Positions 42,186 through 52,145 of a DNA stretch of 64,000 nt are shown piece by piece. Both the position numbers and the translations under genes were made by a program. The DNA comes from Myxococcota bacterium (GTDB lineage Bacteria > Myxococcota_A > UBA9042 > PHBI01 > JAWLBL01). The notes beneath the pieces were generated by a model, which searched no databases, was not told the origin of the DNA, and was given only the letters and a program-made list of their open reading frames with translations. Position 1 is the first letter of the stretch. Each line of letters begins with the position of its first letter. The DNA lies in the NCBI GenBank assembly GCA_041687695.1, contig JAWLBL010000019.1, positions 64,001 to 128,000 of the forward strand, read 5' to 3'.

Positions 42186-43745
42186 ATGGCGGTAAAGGCA
42201 TCGGGAGTGGGGCTGGTCGGGATCGACGGCGTGCTCATCGAGGTGGAGATCGGCGCGCAGGACGGGCTGCCCGGACTGGACATCACGGGGTTGCCGGCGG
42301 CGAGCGTGCGCGAGGCGCGGTTTCGGGTGAAGTCGGCCTTCCGCCGCAGCGACTATCCGTGGCCCGAGGGGCGGCTCGTGGCGAACTTCGCGCCGGCGGA
42401 CCTGCCGAAGGCGGGGACGGCCTACGACCTGCCGCTGGCCATGGCGGTCCTCGCCTTCAGCCGCGAGTCGCTCCGCGCGCGCCTGGCCGACTTCGTCTTC
42501 TATGGCGAGCTGGCGCTCGACGGCAGCGTGCGTGAGGTGCCCGGCGCCGTGAACGCGGCGTTGGCCACGCGTGCCGGCGGGCGTCGCGCCCTGGTCGTGG
42601 GGCCCGGGAACGCCGACGAGGCCGCGGCCGTGCCGGGCATCGAGGTCTACGTCGCGGAGACCCTGTACGAGCTGGTCGAGGCCCTCGAGGGCCGAGCGTC
42701 GCTGCGGCGCGCCGAGCCGGTCTCCGAGGGCGAGGCGCGTCGGCCGACGCTGGATCTCGCCGACATCCGCGGACAAGCCAGGGCGCGGCGGGCGCTCGAG
42801 GTCGCCGCCGCGGGCGGGCACAATCTGCTGATGGTGGGCCCGCCGGGCTGCGGCAAGACGCTGCTGGCGCGGGCGATGGTCGGGATCCTGCCGCCGATGA
42901 GCCTCGAGGAGCGGCTCGAGGTCACGCGCATCCACAGCGTCAGCGGCCTGACGCGCGGCAGCCGCGGCCTCGCCAGCGTGCGGCCGTTTCGGGCGCCGCA
43001 CGCGACGGCCAGCTTCGCGGCCCTGGTCGGCGGCGGCAACCCGCCGCGCCCGGGCGAGCTGAGCCTGGCGCACCGGGGCGTCCTGTTCCTGGACGAGACC
43101 CCCGAGTTCAACCGCCTGGCGCTCGAGTCCCTGCGGGCGCCGCTCGAGGACCGCGCCGTCACCATCACCCGGGCGGCCCGCGCGGTGACCTTCCCGTCGG
43201 CCGTGTCGCTGGTCTGCGCCATGAACCCGTGTCCGTGCGGCCACAAGGACGACCCGACGCGGCCCTGCCGGTGCACGCGCGGGCAGGTCGAGGCCTACCG
43301 GTCGCGGCTCAGCGGGCCGCTGCTCGACCGCATGGACATCCAGGTCGCGCTCAGCCCCGTGCCGCCCGAGCTGTTGGCGCAGGCGACGCCGGGCGAGGCG
43401 TCGGAGCCGGTGCGGGAGCGGGTCATGGCGGCGCGCGAGCGGCAGCTGGCCCGGCGCGAGGAGGCCGGCGGGGCGGCGACCAACGCGGAGCTGGCGCCCG
43501 GCGCGCTCGAGCAGGTCGCCCCGCTCGGACGGGCCGAGCGCCGGCACCTCGCGAACGCCGCGCGGACGCTGGGGCTGACCGCGCGCAGCTGGCATCGGGT
43601 CATCAAGGTGGCCCGCACGGTCGCGGACCTCGAGGGGGCCGAGCGGGTGGACGCGCGGCACCTGTCGGAGGCGCTGACCTACCGGCTCTTCGAGCGCGAA
43701 GGGAGCGCGACCGCGCGGGGCGCCTTCGCGCCGCGCGGACGATGA
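42186..43745 (+). CDS. comM: ComM/YifB Mg-chelatase-like AAA+ ATPase
   Basis: [83 protein letters not shown]; appears intact. Confidence 0.93.
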   Translation: MAVKASGVGLVGIDGVLIEVEIGAQDGLPGLDITGLPAASVREARFRVKSAFRRSDYPWPEGRLVANFAPADLPKAGTAYDLPLAMAVLAFSRESLRARLADFVFYGELALDGSVREVPGAVNAALATRAGGRRALVVGPGNADEAAAVPGIEVYVAETLYELVEALEGRASLRRAEPVSEGEARRPTLDLADIRGQARARRALEVAAAGGHNLLMVGPPGCGKTLLARAMVGILPPMSLEERLEVTRIHSVSGLTRGSRGLASVRPFRAPHATASFAALVGGGNPPRPGELSLAHRGVLFLDETPEFNRLALESLRAPLEDRAVTITRAARAVTFPSAVSLVCAMNPCPCGHKDDPTRPCRCTRGQVEAYRSRLSGPLLDRMDIQVALSPVPPELLAQATPGEASEPVRERVMAARERQLARREEAGGAATNAELAPGALEQVAPLGRAERRHLANAARTLGLTARSWHRVIKVARTVADLEGAERVDARHLSEALTYRLFEREGSATARGAFAPRGR

Positions 43746-43837
43746 GGGTGGCCGACCGACCGGCGCGCTCGACGGGCGAGCGGCCGAGATCGCGTCAGGC
43801 CGAAACGGGTCGCTTCGGCGGCCGGAGGGAGTGGGCG

Positions 43838-44416
43838 ATGAAGAAGGGCAGCAACCTCGACAAGCTCAAGGATCTCATGGGCATGGTCGACAAGAAGTTC
43901 GGCAAGGGGACCATCATGAACATGGACGATCAGGACAGCGCCAAGGTGAAGGTGTTCTCGACGGGCTCGCTGGGCCTCGACGCGGCGCTGGGCGTGGGCG
44001 GCCTGCCGGTCGGGCGCGTCATCGAGATCTACGGGCCCGAGTCCTCGGGCAAGACGACCCTGTGCCTGCACGCGGTCGCCGAGGTGCAGCGCGCGGGCGG
44101 GACCGCGGCGATCATCGACGCCGAGCACGCCCTGGATCTGTCGTACGCCGCGTCCCTGGGCGTGGACACCTCGCGCATGCTCGTCAGCCAGCCCGACTGC
44201 GGCGAGCAGGCGCTCGAGATCGCCGAGATGCTGACCCGCAGCGACGAGATCGACCTCGTGGTCGTGGACTCCGTGGCCGCCCTGACGCCTCGCGCCGAGA
44301 TCGAAGGCGAGATGGGCGACAGCCACGTCGGCCTGCAGGCCCGCCTGATGAGCCAGGCCCTGCGCAAGCTGACCGGCTCGGCCAGCAAGCACGGGACGAC
44401 CGTCATCTTCATCAAC
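43838..44416 (+). pseudogene. recA: 5' part of recA (193 codons), interrupted by an inserted element; the frame reads on 36 non-RecA residues to a stop at 44527
   Basis: [91 protein letters not shown]. The expected QxRxKIG...GGxALKFY is absent. Confidence 0.93.
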
Positions 44417-44682
44417 GAAAACCGTGGGTCTGGAAGATGGTTGGGACTCCACCGTTCTCCGGTTTCGGCTGGTCGTCTAACCCGCGCAGTCGATTGCGCG
44501 ACCCGATCCCACTACGATCGGTGGTGACCGAGCCCAACCTCGACCCTGTCAACCCAACGAACCGTAACCCCCCGAAAGGAATACCAAGGGCTATCGGGGT
44601 CATGAGGGTGAACTTGACACCGTCACCCAGGCCGGGGTTCTTGGCCCCCATGCGTGGATGAGGAGAGAGGAGCCTCCAGTCG

Positions 44683-45138
44683 ATGACCAACGAAGAGCCC
44701 AGACTTGATCCGCTATCTCCGATTCAGAGAAGCGAGCGGATGTCAAGGGTTCGTTCGGGGAACACGAAGCCCGAGCTCGTGGTCCGCCGCATGGTTCATG
44801 CGATGGGGTACCGCTACCGCATCCACGGCAAGCGCGGGAAGACGCGACTTCCTGGCTCGCCCGACCTGGTCTTCGGTCCGAGGAGGAAGGTCGTCTTCGT
44901 GCATGGGTGCTTCTGGCATCGGCACGAGGGATGCCCCAACGACCGTCCGCCGAAGTCGCGCCAGGACTTCTGGCTCCCCAAGCTCGAGGCCAACCGTCAA
45001 CGCGACGAGGTCAACCTCAAGCTCCTGTGCGAGCTGGGGTGGGAGAGCCTGGTGGTATGGGAGTGCGAGCTGAAGAACCTTCCCGCTCTGGAGGAGAGGC
45101 TTCGGACCTTCATCGAAGGGAAAGCTGGTCGAGCATGA
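44683..45138 (+). CDS. vsr: Very short patch repair endonuclease
   Basis: RSERMSRVRSGNTKPE, LPGSPDLVF, VFVHGCFWHRH, FWLPKLEANRQRD, WESLVVWECE. Confidence 0.93.
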   Translation: MTNEEPRLDPLSPIQRSERMSRVRSGNTKPELVVRRMVHAMGYRYRIHGKRGKTRLPGSPDLVFGPRRKVVFVHGCFWHRHEGCPNDRPPKSRQDFWLPKLEANRQRDEVNLKLLCELGWESLVVWECELKNLPALEERLRTFIEGKAGRA

Positions 45139-46334
45139 GAGCGGTCGAGTTGTTTGCGGGCGCGGGCGGTCTGGGGATCGGCACCGGTCGAGCGGGCTTC
45201 AAGCACGAGGTGGTGGTCGAGTGGGACCACGACGCCTGCGAGACGGTGCGCCACAACCAGCGGCGCCAGGTGCCTGACGTCCAGGGGTGGTCGGTCTTCG
45301 AGGGCGACGTACGGGCCTTCGACTTCGGGACCGTCGCGCCAGGCGTAACGCTGGTTTCGGGCGGTCCGCCCTGTCAGCCCTTCAGCCTGGGCGGCAAGCA
45401 TCGCGCCTTTAAGGACTCGAGGGACATGTTCCCGATGGCGGCCGAGGTCGTGCGTCAGCTGCGACCGGAAGTCTTCATCTTCGAGAATGTCAAGGGTCTT
45501 CTTCGAGAGGCCTTCTCGACCTACTTCGGCTACGTCATCCTCCGGCTCACTTATCCCGAGATGGTTCGCAAGGATCGAGAGGAGTGGCAGGACCACCTGG
45601 CCCGGCTCGAGCGACACCACACGGGCCCGCGACATGATGATGGTCTCCACTACCGGGTGGTCCACCAGCTCCTGAACGCGGCCGACTTCGGTGTTCCGCA
45701 GAGTCGGGAGCGGGTCTTCATCGTCGGGTTCAGGTCGGACCTACAGATGGAGTGGTCCTTCCCTCGAGCGACGCACTCGGCCGAGGCCCTGCTCCACAGC
45801 CAGTGGGTGACCGGCGAGTACTGGGACCAACACAAGATCTCGAAGAAGCGCCGACCTCAGCAGCCGACCCGGTACGCCGGCCGCATCACGCGCCTGAAGT
45901 CCACCGAGCCCGCCTGTCTTCAGTCGAGGTGGCTGACGGTTCGCGACGCCATCTGCGACCTGCCCGACCCTGAGCGCGAACCGCTGCTGGCTCAAGGAGT
46001 GCTGAACCACCGGTTCAACCCTGGAGCTCGGTCGTACCCAGGCCACACGGGCTCGCCTTGGGACTGGCCAGCCAAGACCCTGAAGGCGGGTGACCACGGA
46101 GTTCCGGGTGGTGAGAACATGCTGGCCCGAGAGGACGGCACGGTCCGGTACTTCACTGTCCGGGAGTCGGCGAGGCTCCAGACGTTCCCGGACAACTACG
46201 AGTTCCAGGGCTCGTGGTCGGAGGCGATGCGCCAGCTGGGCAACGCCGTCCCGGTCAAGCTCGCCCAAGCGGTCGCCGACTCGGTTCGATCCCACCTAGA
46301 GGATCGGAAAGCGGGTGGTCGAGGTGAGGCGTGA
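45135..46334 (+). CDS. C5 DNA cytosine methyltransferase
   Basis: Motif I LFAGAGG, IV GGPPCQPFS, VI FENVKGL, VIII QSRERVF, IX RESARLQTFP, X QLGNAVP; ATGA overlap with vsr. Confidence 0.95.
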   Translation: MRAVELFAGAGGLGIGTGRAGFKHEVVVEWDHDACETVRHNQRRQVPDVQGWSVFEGDVRAFDFGTVAPGVTLVSGGPPCQPFSLGGKHRAFKDSRDMFPMAAEVVRQLRPEVFIFENVKGLLREAFSTYFGYVILRLTYPEMVRKDREEWQDHLARLERHHTGPRHDDGLHYRVVHQLLNAADFGVPQSRERVFIVGFRSDLQMEWSFPRATHSAEALLHSQWVTGEYWDQHKISKKRRPQQPTRYAGRITRLKSTEPACLQSRWLTVRDAICDLPDPEREPLLAQGVLNHRFNPGARSYPGHTGSPWDWPAKTLKAGDHGVPGGENMLAREDGTVRYFTVRESARLQTFPDNYEFQGSWSEAMRQLGNAVPVKLAQAVADSVRSHLEDRKAGGRGEA

Positions 46335-46935
46335 ACCCGTCTTCAACCCGCTGGACAAGCGACACCTGGGCGAGAGCGTAGCCGAGGCGACGCTTCATCG
46401 GCCAGTCGGACCTCTTCCGCCCGAGGAGCCGTTCATCGCGGCGGGCGTGTATGCGATCTACTACGCTGGCGACTTTCCGGTTTACGAGCGCATCGCCGAG
46501 CGGAACCGAGAGGGGCGGTTCGAGGTCCCGATCTACGTCGGCAAGGCAGTGCCGGCTGGTGCTCGACGAGGCGGGTTCGGGCTCGGTGCTGACCCTGGAC
46601 AGGTCCTGTTCCGACGCTTGTGCGAACATGCCGAGTCCATCAGGGCGACACCAACTCTGGACATCGATGACTTCTACTGCCGGTACCTGGCGGTCGACGA
46701 CATCTGGATTCCGCTCGCGGAGTCAATGCTGATTGAGATGTTCCAGCCCCTCTGGAACCGGGTGGTCGACGGGTACGGGAACCACGACCCTGGACGCGGG
46801 CGACACGGCCAACAACGGTCCGCGTGGGACGTACTCCATCCTGGGCGGGTCTGGGCCGATAGGCTTCAGCCCGGCCGGGACATGGTCGACATCATCATGG
46901 ACATCAACGCCTACGTCGCAGGCAGAGGTTGGTAA
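46324..46935 (+). CDS. Eco29kI-family GIY-YIG type II restriction endonuclease
   Basis: GVYAIYY...PIYVGKAVPAG, LAESMLI, PLWNRVVDGYGNHDPGRGR, SAWDVLHPGRVWA. Confidence 0.88.
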   Translation: MRREPVFNPLDKRHLGESVAEATLHRPVGPLPPEEPFIAAGVYAIYYAGDFPVYERIAERNREGRFEVPIYVGKAVPAGARRGGFGLGADPGQVLFRRLCEHAESIRATPTLDIDDFYCRYLAVDDIWIPLAESMLIEMFQPLWNRVVDGYGNHDPGRGRHGQQRSAWDVLHPGRVWADRLQPGRDMVDIIMDINAYVAGRGW

Positions 46936-46937
46936 GC

Positions 46938-47432
46938 ATGCCAGCAGAAGAAGCAGGGCTACATCCTGCGCTGATTGCGGCCCTCATCTCAGCGGGAGTT
47001 ACGCTGTTTGTTGGTCCTCTGACTGCCGCATTCGTGACTCGTCGCGCTAACGGAAAGGCCCGAACGGCTGATCTGACTTTGCGATTATATGAGAGATACG
47101 CGGCCATATTGCCCGATCTCGCGGTGATCGTATCGGCGATGCGGGACCAGAACCTGACACCAGAGACATACGAGAAGTACCTTCATACGCGAAAGATTCT
47201 CCTGCTCGAAGAAGTCGGAGCCTTGGTTAAGCACAAGCGCTTGGACGATGCCCTTGTAAAGGAGCTGTTTCGCCAGCCGGTGAAGAAGGACGTCGTCCCC
47301 TGGCTCGAGGAAAAGACCGACGGCTACAAGATCGATATCAAACTCGGTGAGCAGAGAAGGGAAAGGTTCAAGATTCTCGGTCGAACTGTCGGTGTCCAAC
47401 TACAGTTCCCGGCAGTAGGGGCTGCAGAGTAG
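46938..47432 (+). CDS. Membrane-anchored hypothetical protein (DUF4760-like)
   Basis: N-terminal TM helix; LLLEEVGALVKHKRLDDALVKELF; lower-GC codon usage. Confidence 0.5.
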   Translation: MPAEEAGLHPALIAALISAGVTLFVGPLTAAFVTRRANGKARTADLTLRLYERYAAILPDLAVIVSAMRDQNLTPETYEKYLHTRKILLLEEVGALVKHKRLDDALVKELFRQPVKKDVVPWLEEKTDGYKIDIKLGEQRRERFKILGRTVGVQLQFPAVGAAE

Positions 47433-47474
47433 GTCGAGTAGCAGGGGCATCGATAGACGAAGGAGCCTTCGGTA

Positions 47475-48287
47475 ATGGAACGTCTATACGCCCGCATCTG
47501 GCTGCACCTCCCGAAGTATGTGGCCGCGATTCTGATCTTCATCGAGGTCGCGATCCTTGTCGGAGGGAACGCGACTTGGGCGTATTCGAGCGCTGCTTGG
47601 GAGTGGTTTCGGGCCAATACTGATGGCGGGACGAGGCTCCTCATACTGTTCTCAAGCGGGCTGGCGATTTGCGGTTTGGGAGTCTTCGTCGCCTTGCTGC
47701 TTCGAGAGGGGCTGGCGGCCGTGACCATAGGCCTCTCGAGGGCGGTGCTGACATCTCGGCCCCGGTGGGTGGCATCATTCCCAGGCGTGCTCTTGCCTCG
47801 CTCCGCCCAGGTGGTTCGGCTCCTCAACAAGGACAAGCAGTTCCTGGTCGACTACGTGGTTGCACGATCGGCGACCCAGCCGGACACATCTCAAGAGCAG
47901 GAGAAGTTTGTCCGGGACCTGATGACCAGAATCTCGAAGTCCCTCATGAAACCAGAGCATCACGAGTTCATCGCGGAACTCGCGCATGCCACGAGCTTGA
48001 CCCAGGACCAGCGCAAGTACGAACTGCTTGAAGACCAGATGCGCACGTTCGAGATGTTCGGCGCGGCCTTGCTGCTCTACGTCTGGATTTCGGCGCTGGG
48101 TTATCCTGGGGCAGCGCGAAGCACGGCAGGCGCTCTACTCGTTTTCGTCCTGCTCTGCCTGCTGATAGCCGCTTGGATGCGTCTACGGCGCAGGCTGGTG
48201 CGGGTGCTGGCCTGGGCGTACATCGAGATCTTCGTCGTGGCCGAGGGCGCCGACATCGAAGATCGAGAAGGCGAGGGCCCTCTCTGA
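47475..48287 (+). CDS. Hypothetical membrane protein (about 4 TM helices)
   Basis: AAGGAG RBS; two N-terminal and two C-terminal hydrophobic segments around a soluble region. Confidence 0.65.
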   Translation: MERLYARIWLHLPKYVAAILIFIEVAILVGGNATWAYSSAAWEWFRANTDGGTRLLILFSSGLAICGLGVFVALLLREGLAAVTIGLSRAVLTSRPRWVASFPGVLLPRSAQVVRLLNKDKQFLVDYVVARSATQPDTSQEQEKFVRDLMTRISKSLMKPEHHEFIAELAHATSLTQDQRKYELLEDQMRTFEMFGAALLLYVWISALGYPGAARSTAGALLVFVLLCLLIAAWMRLRRRLVRVLAWAYIEIFVVAEGADIEDREGEGPL

Positions 48288-48293
48288 AGAAGC

Positions 48294-48701
48294 TTACTCC
48301 TCAGGCTCCGTCAGCTTCTTCCTGACCTTGGTCAGCGCCAGGTCGATCGCGGCGTCAATCCTCATCTGAGCACGCTGGTCAGCTCTCACGTGCCGCAGGT
48401 GACCGTTCTGATACACCTCGTTGGCCAACGCGACCCGGCCCATCAGTGAGTCGACCGCGTCCTCGATCGAGTGGAGCGAGGCCGGCGTCGTGACCATCTC
48501 GATCTCAGGGTCGTACTCGAAGCAGGTGTGCTGGTCCGGTCCGTCGAAGGCGTCGATCCACTCGGGCGGTGGGGTGCGGGAGAGCTTGATGGCCAGCAGG
48601 ACGTTGAAGCCGTCGTAGACAGGAGCGCTGTAGAGCTCGCGGTCGATGGGCTCGATCTTCACGTCGTCAGCGATCAGGGTGATGGGTGTCCAGGTCGACA
48701 T
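48294..48701 (-). CDS. Hypothetical protein
   Basis: GGAG RBS before ATG 48701; globular composition. Confidence 0.55.
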   Translation of the reverse strand: MSTWTPITLIADDVKIEPIDRELYSAPVYDGFNVLLAIKLSRTPPPEWIDAFDGPDQHTCFEYDPEIEMVTTPASLHSIEDAVDSLMGRVALANEVYQNGHLRHVRADQRAQMRIDAAIDLALTKVRKKLTEPEE

Positions 48702-48881
48702 GGTGGACTCCATTGTTCAGTGCGTGTTCGGCATCGATATGGTCCGAATGTGACTCGGCTGAGTAGCCAAGGCAAACTGTAGTCGCACTGGCTCCGCAGA
48801 CCAACGCCTTCGATGGGCGCGGCTGCTTGCATCTCAGGAAGTCTCTCCTCCGTTCCAAGGAACGGGACTACCCATCCACAA

Positions 48882-49385
48882 TCACTTCTTGATAACGTCC
48901 CTTTCCACTTCGTCCGCTGCAGCAGATACCTCCGTCAAGTAAAAGCTCGGAAGCTCCTCGTTTGCGAACGTGACTTCTTGCCCGTCTTCAATTCGGGATG
49001 TGGTGGTTCCATATGAAATCACTACCTTCGAGCGAGTACCGGTTGCCGCTGGAGTGAGCGAAGTTGGCCGTGGTGGGCTCGAATCGAGCTTCTGTTTGAG
49101 CGCTTCGTATCGCAGTTCAAGTTCCATCAGCTTAGTCTTTTCGTTGCTTCGCTTGCTAAAATCTGCCCTGATTGCGCGAGCAATCCCGGTAGAAATCAAG
49201 CTGGCCGACACCGCAGCAAAGATGATGGCCAATTCGACCAGCGACTTCGGAGCGCCCTCACCGGAAACTGTCCCGCCATACACCAGGAATGTGGTGCCGA
49301 CTATCGCCAATATCGGGACCACGCCACCAATTATTCCGATACCGGCTGCAAGTAAGTTGATTTGAAGCGGAGTGGACGGTCTCAT
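48882..49385 (-). CDS. Hypothetical 2-TM plus coiled-coil protein
   Basis: Two hydrophobic helices then KTKLMELELRYEALKQKL; ATG overlaps the upstream stop. Confidence 0.55.
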   Translation of the reverse strand: MRPSTPLQINLLAAGIGIIGGVVPILAIVGTTFLVYGGTVSGEGAPKSLVELAIIFAAVSASLISTGIARAIRADFSKRSNEKTKLMELELRYEALKQKLDSSPPRPTSLTPAATGTRSKVVISYGTTTSRIEDGQEVTFANEELPSFYLTEVSAAADEVERDVIKK

Positions 49386-49858
49386 TTAAGCATCCTACGG
49401 AGCAGTGCCTTCAGGAAATCCACGAGACCGCCGTAAAAGAGTCCCTTCACGAGGGCCATGCTGAGGCTCTCGCCGGCCAAGGCCGCGACAATCGGGCCAG
49501 CGGTCATGCCCGAAAAGGAGCCGACAAGCAAGTCATGGAGCAACCCTTCAGGCTCGGTCTTGGCGAGCCGGGCTGTGACAGCCTTGAGCCCCCGAGGGAA
49601 GAAGGCGTCAAGGATCTGATCCGTACGCTTGACATGGTCGTTGATCTTCGCATGCAGCGCGTCGATCTCCTGGGGTGAGGCGGCTGTAGTGAGATCGTCC
49701 CTCAACTGGTCGATGTCCGAATCGATCTGATCGAGCACAAAACTTTGCTCGGGCGAAGCCTTACGGCGCGCTTCGTTCAGCCGACGTCTCAGTCCGCTGA
49801 GCGCCGTGCGGCCTTCATCCACCTTCGTGACGGGCCTTGGTCTAGCCGGAACTGTCAT
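49382..49858 (-). CDS. Hypothetical coiled-coil protein with hydrophobic C-terminus
   Basis: Heptad segment LDQIDSDIDQLRDDL; C-terminal glycine-rich hydrophobic hairpin. Confidence 0.5.
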   Translation of the reverse strand: MTVPARPRPVTKVDEGRTALSGLRRRLNEARRKASPEQSFVLDQIDSDIDQLRDDLTTAASPQEIDALHAKINDHVKRTDQILDAFFPRGLKAVTARLAKTEPEGLLHDLLVGSFSGMTAGPIVAALAGESLSMALVKGLFYGGLVDFLKALLRRMLK

Positions 49859-50086
49859 GGTCGGGCAACCGATCGTCCATGCCCATCGGGTCGTGCCAGC
49901 CGCTCCCCGCGTGCTGGCACGTACCACCGCCCCTCGGTGCTGGTGCGATCCTTACCAAGAACTCGGCTCGACGCAAGCGACCCGCCACGGCGAGCCCGCG
50001 CAATCGGATTGCGCGACCGGAGACTTGACTAACGCGGGCATCCGTGATCCGGTCGGACGTCTCGATCACGATCACGGAGGCTCAAC

Positions 50087-51055
50087 ATGGTCCCCCCCTA
50101 CCTGCTCCCGATCCTGCTCTTCCTTGGTTCCGACCTAGACCACGTTGTATCGCATGATCCTGCGACGCACCTCTGCCGGGAAGGAGGGGAGCCTAGGCAG
50201 TACCCTCTTGAGGGCAAGAGGGACGCGATACATGCATGTATCAAGGAAGCGACTGTGAAGCGACACAGCTGTCCTGCCAAGACCGAGAAGCGGGTGAGCT
50301 ACGATCCTCAGGACGGGACCTTCGGGGTGTGGTGCGCAGATGATCGAGGACGTCGCCAGGGGCTCGAGGTCTCCTGGGCGGTCGACCATCAGCGCCGTTG
50401 GGAGTTCGAGTGGAAGGACGATCATAACCTGGTGCGGAGGTGGTGGAAGGACGGCCACCTCACGGCGATCGACTGTTTCGACGAGCACCGGAACGAAGTC
50501 CTGTGCCCCTGCCCGAAGGGAACCGAGAAAGTCTCGGATGGCGACCTATCTACTGAGTGGTGCGCTGATCGTCGCGGGAGGCGGACCGGGCCGATCGTCA
50601 CCTGGAGCGCTGGCAAGGGGGACGCCAAGTTCATCGCCGAGTCGGGCTACTACCTGAACGACAAGCGAGATGGCCTGTGGACCAGCTACACCTTCCTGGA
50701 AGGTAGGCTGACGTCGGCTGGCCACTACCGGGCGGGGAAGAAGGAAGGTCTGTGGCGCACCTTCCACGAGGACGGCTCAGTTGAGTGGGAGGCCACCTAC
50801 TCGCGTGGTCGATTCGAGGGAGTCATGCGCAAGTGGCACGCCAACGGCCAGCTCGCGAAGGAGCGGAGCCATCGTAGAGGCAAGATCGTAGGGACGGTAC
50901 GGACCTGGCATGAGAACGGGCAGCTCGCTTCCGAGGTGATGGTCCGCAAAGGTCGAGCCCACGGGCAGCGACGCTACTACGATGAGGACGGAGTGCTGAT
51001 CAGGACCGAGTGCTGGGTTGGCGGTCGGCAGGCGCCGTGTAAGCTTGAACCGTGA
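50087..51055 (+). CDS. MORN-variant repeat protein (YwqK-antitoxin-like)
   Basis: GGAGG RBS; repeats GKKEGLWRTFHEDG, EGVMRKWHANGQL, GTVRTWHENGQL, HGQRRYYDEDG. Confidence 0.75.
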   Translation: MVPPYLLPILLFLGSDLDHVVSHDPATHLCREGGEPRQYPLEGKRDAIHACIKEATVKRHSCPAKTEKRVSYDPQDGTFGVWCADDRGRRQGLEVSWAVDHQRRWEFEWKDDHNLVRRWWKDGHLTAIDCFDEHRNEVLCPCPKGTEKVSDGDLSTEWCADRRGRRTGPIVTWSAGKGDAKFIAESGYYLNDKRDGLWTSYTFLEGRLTSAGHYRAGKKEGLWRTFHEDGSVEWEATYSRGRFEGVMRKWHANGQLAKERSHRRGKIVGTVRTWHENGQLASEVMVRKGRAHGQRRYYDEDGVLIRTECWVGGRQAPCKLEP

Positions 51056-51079
51056 TAGGACGTGGATACCGGTCCAAAG

Positions 51080-51487
51080 ATGAACTCGCCAAAGCAGACC
51101 AGGGTCAGGATCCACAACCTGGCCGACACCATCCGGACCGGCTGGTACGAGCTCGCGTTGCTCATGGCCGAGGCGAAGGAGCGTGAGCTGTACCGCGACT
51201 GGGGGTACGAGGACTACCTCGCCTGGGCGAGCGAGGAGCTCGGGTACCAGAAGCGGATCACCCAGTACATGGTCGCGGTCGCGGAGCACTTCGGGACCGC
51301 GAGCCCCAAGGTCCAACAGTGGATCGCCGAGATCGGGGTGGCGAAGGCCAAGGAGCTGATCGGGCTGGTCGACGAGAAGAACCTCGTCCGCTGGCAGCGT
51401 GAGCTCCGAGAGGCCAATACCCCAATGGTGGCCGCTATCGCTCGAGCGGTGCGGGAGACCCTTGCCGAGCCCGAACCAGCGCAGTGA
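51080..51487 (+). CDS. Hypothetical phage protein
   Basis: ELYRDWGYEDYLAWASEELGY helical segment; GC3-biased codons. Confidence 0.6.
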   Translation: MNSPKQTRVRIHNLADTIRTGWYELALLMAEAKERELYRDWGYEDYLAWASEELGYQKRITQYMVAVAEHFGTASPKVQQWIAEIGVAKAKELIGLVDEKNLVRWQRELREANTPMVAAIARAVRETLAEPEPAQ

Positions 51488-51623
51488 CCTCGTCGATCAG
51501 GTCGGCCGCATGAGCCGCGATCCCGCTCGGGTCGCCCATCTCACGGAGGGTGCCGGCCCTCAGGTCGAGCGCGACCTCGAGCTCAGCCAGCAGAGACGTC
51601 ACGGTATCGAGCTGTTCAGTCAT
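51435..51623 (-). CDS. Small hypothetical protein
   Basis: AGGAGA RBS before ATG 51623; amphipathic helical sequence. Confidence 0.45.
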   Translation of the reverse strand: MTEQLDTVTSLLAELEVALDLRAGTLREMGDPSGIAAHAADLIDEVTALVRARQGSPAPLER

Positions 51624-51675
51624 AACAGGTCTCCTGGGGCTGGCTGTGGGTGAAGGCACGGGATAGCGGACGGTA

Positions 51676-51873
51676 TCAAGTGCCCAGGTCGGCCAGAGCA
51701 GAGATGAGCCGCTTCCGAATGTGGGGGTCCTCGACCACGGGCCCGATGTAGCGGACGCCCGGGACGACCGGCTCGGGCTCAGGCTCGGGGCGGACGACGC
51801 GCAGGTGGCCACGGCGAACCAGGCTGGCGATGCGGGCAAGGGTCGGGTGGATCGCGGTGGCGGGCTGGGTCAT
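51676..51873 (-). CDS. Small hypothetical protein
   Basis: GAGGA RBS before ATG 51873. Confidence 0.4.
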   Translation of the reverse strand: MTQPATAIHPTLARIASLVRRGHLRVVRPEPEPEPVVPGVRYIGPVVEDPHIRKRLISALADLGT

Positions 51874-52062
51874 GGGCGTGGCGTCCTCGCGCGCGGCGTT
51901 CTTCTTGGCGTGTGGCCCTTCGGGCCTTTGACGAGATCTACCCCGGGTCCGGAGCTCGGTGCAAGTGATTGCACTTTTCAACGGAAGTGCCAACTCGGCG
52001 CGAGCGTCAGCTCGCCCCCTCTAGGTCCCTCTCTTTCAACCTCTCTCCTCTCTTTCTATGGG

Positions 52063-52145
52063 GTCTCATCTGGGGGACGAAACCGTCTCATCTGGGGGAC
52101 GGACCGTCTCATCTGGGGGACGCTGACCGTCTCATCTGGGGGACG
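52063..52145. repeat. Four perfect 17-bp direct repeats (iteron-like origin)
   Basis: GTCTCATCTGGGGGACG at 52063, 52085, 52106 and 52129 (periods 22, 21, 23), preceded by a pyrimidine tract. Confidence 0.9.

Noticed and set aside
42186..43745. comM interrupted by a mobile element (a known hotspot)
   Set aside because: The ORF is full length with its motifs in order; the insertion is in the next gene, recA.
44417..44682. Intein or self-splicing intron in recA
   Set aside because: The insert does not begin with Cys/Ser, the frame stops at 44527, recA does not resume in the window, and the downstream genes are RM and phage genes.
52063..52145. Direct repeats as a mini CRISPR array
   Set aside because: The spacers are only 4-6 nt, no cas genes are present, and the two-turn periodicity fits iterons.
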